Shown: positions 61,335 through 64,000 of the stretch, piece by piece | Numbering within the stretch: position 1 is the first letter of the stretch | Layout of the letters: the number at the start of each line of letters is the position of its first letter | Assembly (NCBI GenBank): GCA_002269645.1 | Contig: NIVC01000327.1 | Span: forward strand, 186,001 to 250,000 | DNA from: Macrostomum lignano | Taxonomy: Eukaryota | Reading direction: 5' to 3' | DNA length: 64,000 nucleotides | Made by a program: the position numbers and the translations under genes | Notes under the pieces: model-generated | Told to the model about the DNA's origin: nothing | The model's input: only the letters and a program-made list of their open reading frames with translations | The model's database searches: none

Positions 61335-62945
61335 CTCTCCTCTCCTCTCCTCTCCTCTCTCTCTCTCTCTCCTCTCTCTCCTCTCCTCTCTCTCCTCTCC
61401 TCTCCTCTTCTCTCTCTCCTCTCTCTCCTCTCCTCTCCTCTCCTCTCCTCTCTCTCTCCTCTCTCTCCTCTCCTCTCCTCTCTTCTCTCTCCTCTCCTCT
61501 CTTCTCCTCTCCTCTCCTCTCCTCTCCTCTCCTCTCCTCTTCTCTCCTCTCCTCTCCTCTCCTCTCCTCTCCTCTCCTCTCTTCTACTCTCCTCTTCTCT
61601 CCTCTCCTCTCCTCTCTTCTCCTCTTTCTCTCTCCTCTCCTCTCCCTCTCCTCTTCTCTTCTCTCTCTCCTCTCCTCTCCTCTCCTCTCCTCTCCTCTCC
61701 TCTCTACTCTCCTCTTCTCTCCTCTCCTCTCCTCTCTTCTCCTCTTCTCGTCTCCTCTCCTCTCCTCTCCTCTCTCCTCTCCTCTCCTCTCCTCTCTCTC
61801 CTCTCCTCTCGTCTCCTTTCCTCTCTCTCCTTTCCTCTCCTCTCCTCTCCTCTCCTCTCCTCTCCTCTCCTCTCTACTCTCCTCTTCTCTCCTCTCCTCT
61901 CTTCTCCTCTTCTCTCGTCTCCTCTCCTCTCCTCTCCTCTCCTTTCCTCTCCTCTCCTCCTCTCCTCTTCTCTCTCTCCTCTCCTCTCCTCTCCTCTCCT
62001 CTCCTCTCCTCTTCTCTTCTCTCCTCTCCTCTCGTCTCCTTCCTCTCCTCTCCTCTTCTCTCCTCTCCTCTCCTCTCCTCTCCTCTTCTCTTCTCTCGTC
62101 CCCTCTCGTCTCCTTTCCTCTCGTCTCCTCTCCTCTCCTCTCCTCTCTTCTACTCTCCTCTTCTCTCCTCTCCTCTCCTCTCCTCTCCTCTCTCTCCTCT
62201 CTCTACTCTCCTCTTCTCTCCTCTCCTCTCCTCTCTTCTCCTCTTCTCTCGTCTTCTCTCCTCTCCTCTCCTCTCCTTTCCTCTCCTCTCCTCTCCTCTC
62301 CTCTCCTCTCCTCTCCTCTCTTCTCCTCTCCTCTCTTTTCCTCTCCTCTCCTCTCCTCTCCTCTCCTCTTCTCTCCTCTCCTCTCCTCTCCTCTCCTCTC
62401 CTCTCCTCTCTTCTACTCTCCTCTTCTCTCCTCTCCTCTCCTCTCTTCTCCTCTCCTCTCCTCTCTTCTCCTCTCCTCTCTTTTCCTCTCCTCTCCTCTC
62501 CTCTCCTCTCCTCTTCTCTCCTCTCCTCTCCTCTCCTCTCCTCTCCTCTCTTCTACTCTCCTCTTCTCTCCTCTCCTCTCCTCTCTTCTCCTCTTCTCTC
62601 GTCTCCTCTCCTCTCCTCTCCTCTTCTCTTCTCTCGTCTCCTCTCCTCTCCTCTCCTCTTCTCTCCTCTCCTCTCCTCTCCTCTCCTCTCTTCTACTCTC
62701 CTCTTCTCTCCTCTCCTCTCCTCTCTTCTCCTCTTCTCTCGTCTCCTCTCCTCTCCTCTCCTCTCCTCTCCTCTCCTCTCCTCTTCTCTCCTCCTCTCTC
62801 TCCTCTCCTCTCGTCTCCTCTTCTCTCTCCTCTCCTCTTCCTCTCCTCTCCTCTCCTCTCCTCTCTCTCTCCTCTCTCGTCTCCTCTCGTCTCCTTTCCT
62901 CTCCTCTCCTCTCGTCTTGTCTCCTCTGCTGTCTCCTTTTGTCTC
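59849..62945. repeat. (CTCCT)n satellite, second block
   Basis: Shares diagnostic variants with 48430-55620. Confidence 0.97.
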
Positions 62946-64000
62946 TTCCCTCCTCTCCTCCCCTCCCTTTCCTATTTCCATTAAAGCTCATTTCTCCCAA
63001 TCTTCTTTCCGTGCGTCATTCTCGTAATTTCCCTTCACGCGCTTTATGCCCCGCGTTCTTGCAATCTTTTCAAAACCCAAAGCAATCTGTTTGTATCGTG
63101 ACACCTTTTTATCCTTCCGAGCAGATTCAAAAGAAGCGCCCAAGCCAGAATTGGTGGCAATTTCGATTTGATCAAGTTTCATGCTGAAACAGACAACTGA
63201 AAGCGCCTAAAAAGAATTGGAATTTTCTCAGCATCACTAGCACAAGACTAATTGGACTTAAAATGAAGCCATTTTCTCTAGGACTCTGGCTGTATAGCAT
63301 CCGTTGCGTTTGATGCCTTTGAAGTCTTTTTCGAAGCCATCCTGCCCAAGGCTGCACGTCAGTCCGTATTAGTACTTGAACTTGGTCTAGTGCGCACTTG
63401 TAGTGTAGCAGTACAGTGCGCTAAGTTTCCTTGTTCCAGTTGCAACAGGGGGGCCTACACACTTTCTACTCGTATTATTACTGTCGATACTAAATGCCAT
63501 TTTAGAATTGCTTAAAATGCTGTTGTGTACATCTCTCTCAGGCCGTCACACACACGGAGACAGACACAAGTATTCCCTCAGCTCCCTCTCTCCTCCCCCC
63601 ATGCTGCCCAATCGGAATCCCCTCTTTTGCTTCATCAATTTTCCATCCTGACCTCCTCTCTCCTACCCCTGCCCTCCCACCCTTGCCTTAGTGTATAAAC
63701 TTCAACATTTTCGTTCAATAATTTTTTCTACCTTATCTTATCTATATTTTTGAAGAAAAAAATTGCAATTAATCATAAGGTTAGTAAGTAGTATTGGCAG
63801 CGGCGACGGAGGAGGAAATGAATCGAAAAGCTGCTTTGACAATTTCGAAAGTTCAGTAGTGCCTGTCAGCGGTACTAATATTCATAATTATAATAGTAGT
63901 AATAATAAGCATCAATCAAGTCTGGCCATGTCCAGCATGACAGCAGCCAGTTATGTCGGAGTAGAGCAGCGCCTAGAGGCTGCTGAAGACTGTGTCGAAG
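62910..64000 (+). repeat. Direct duplicate of 55585-56675 (offset 7325 bp), running off the window end
   Basis: No differences seen in the stretches compared; ORFs 55663-55857 and 55847-56032 recur identically at 62988-63182 and 63172-63357. Confidence 0.93.

Overview
Eukaryotic (animal) genomic DNA, about half of it simple repeats and minisatellites. The style (short or satellite-filled GT-AG introns, polyQ/polyA-rich exons) suggests an invertebrate such as a macrostomid flatworm; this is inference only. Three spliced genes can be assembled with phase-consistent splice sites: a Rac-like GTPase (+, 15459-18029, ending in CSIQ), API5 (-, 20244-24394, 5' end uncertain) and a PTPN3/PTPN4 (Ptpmeg)-like FERM gene (+, 40559-46090, continuing downstream). 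A fourth small spliced gene of unknown function (-, 37245-37926) appears to use a GC-AG intron. Mobile DNA includes a decayed RTE-like LINE, a solo LTR with a 4-bp TSD, a foldback MITE in the Rac intron and three TIR elements with 8-bp TSDs. The most striking observation is that two sibling TIR elements (CATACATGCGCAAC ends) each carry a ~65-bp copy of the 28S rRNA H69-H71 region (the R2/I-PpoI target), mutated mainly at the cleavage core. One sibling has also grown a minisatellite from its subterminal motif. The end of the window contains an apparently exact duplication at 7325-bp offset, joined at a satellite-satellite junction. Nearly all long ORFs in the supplied track are repeat artefacts.
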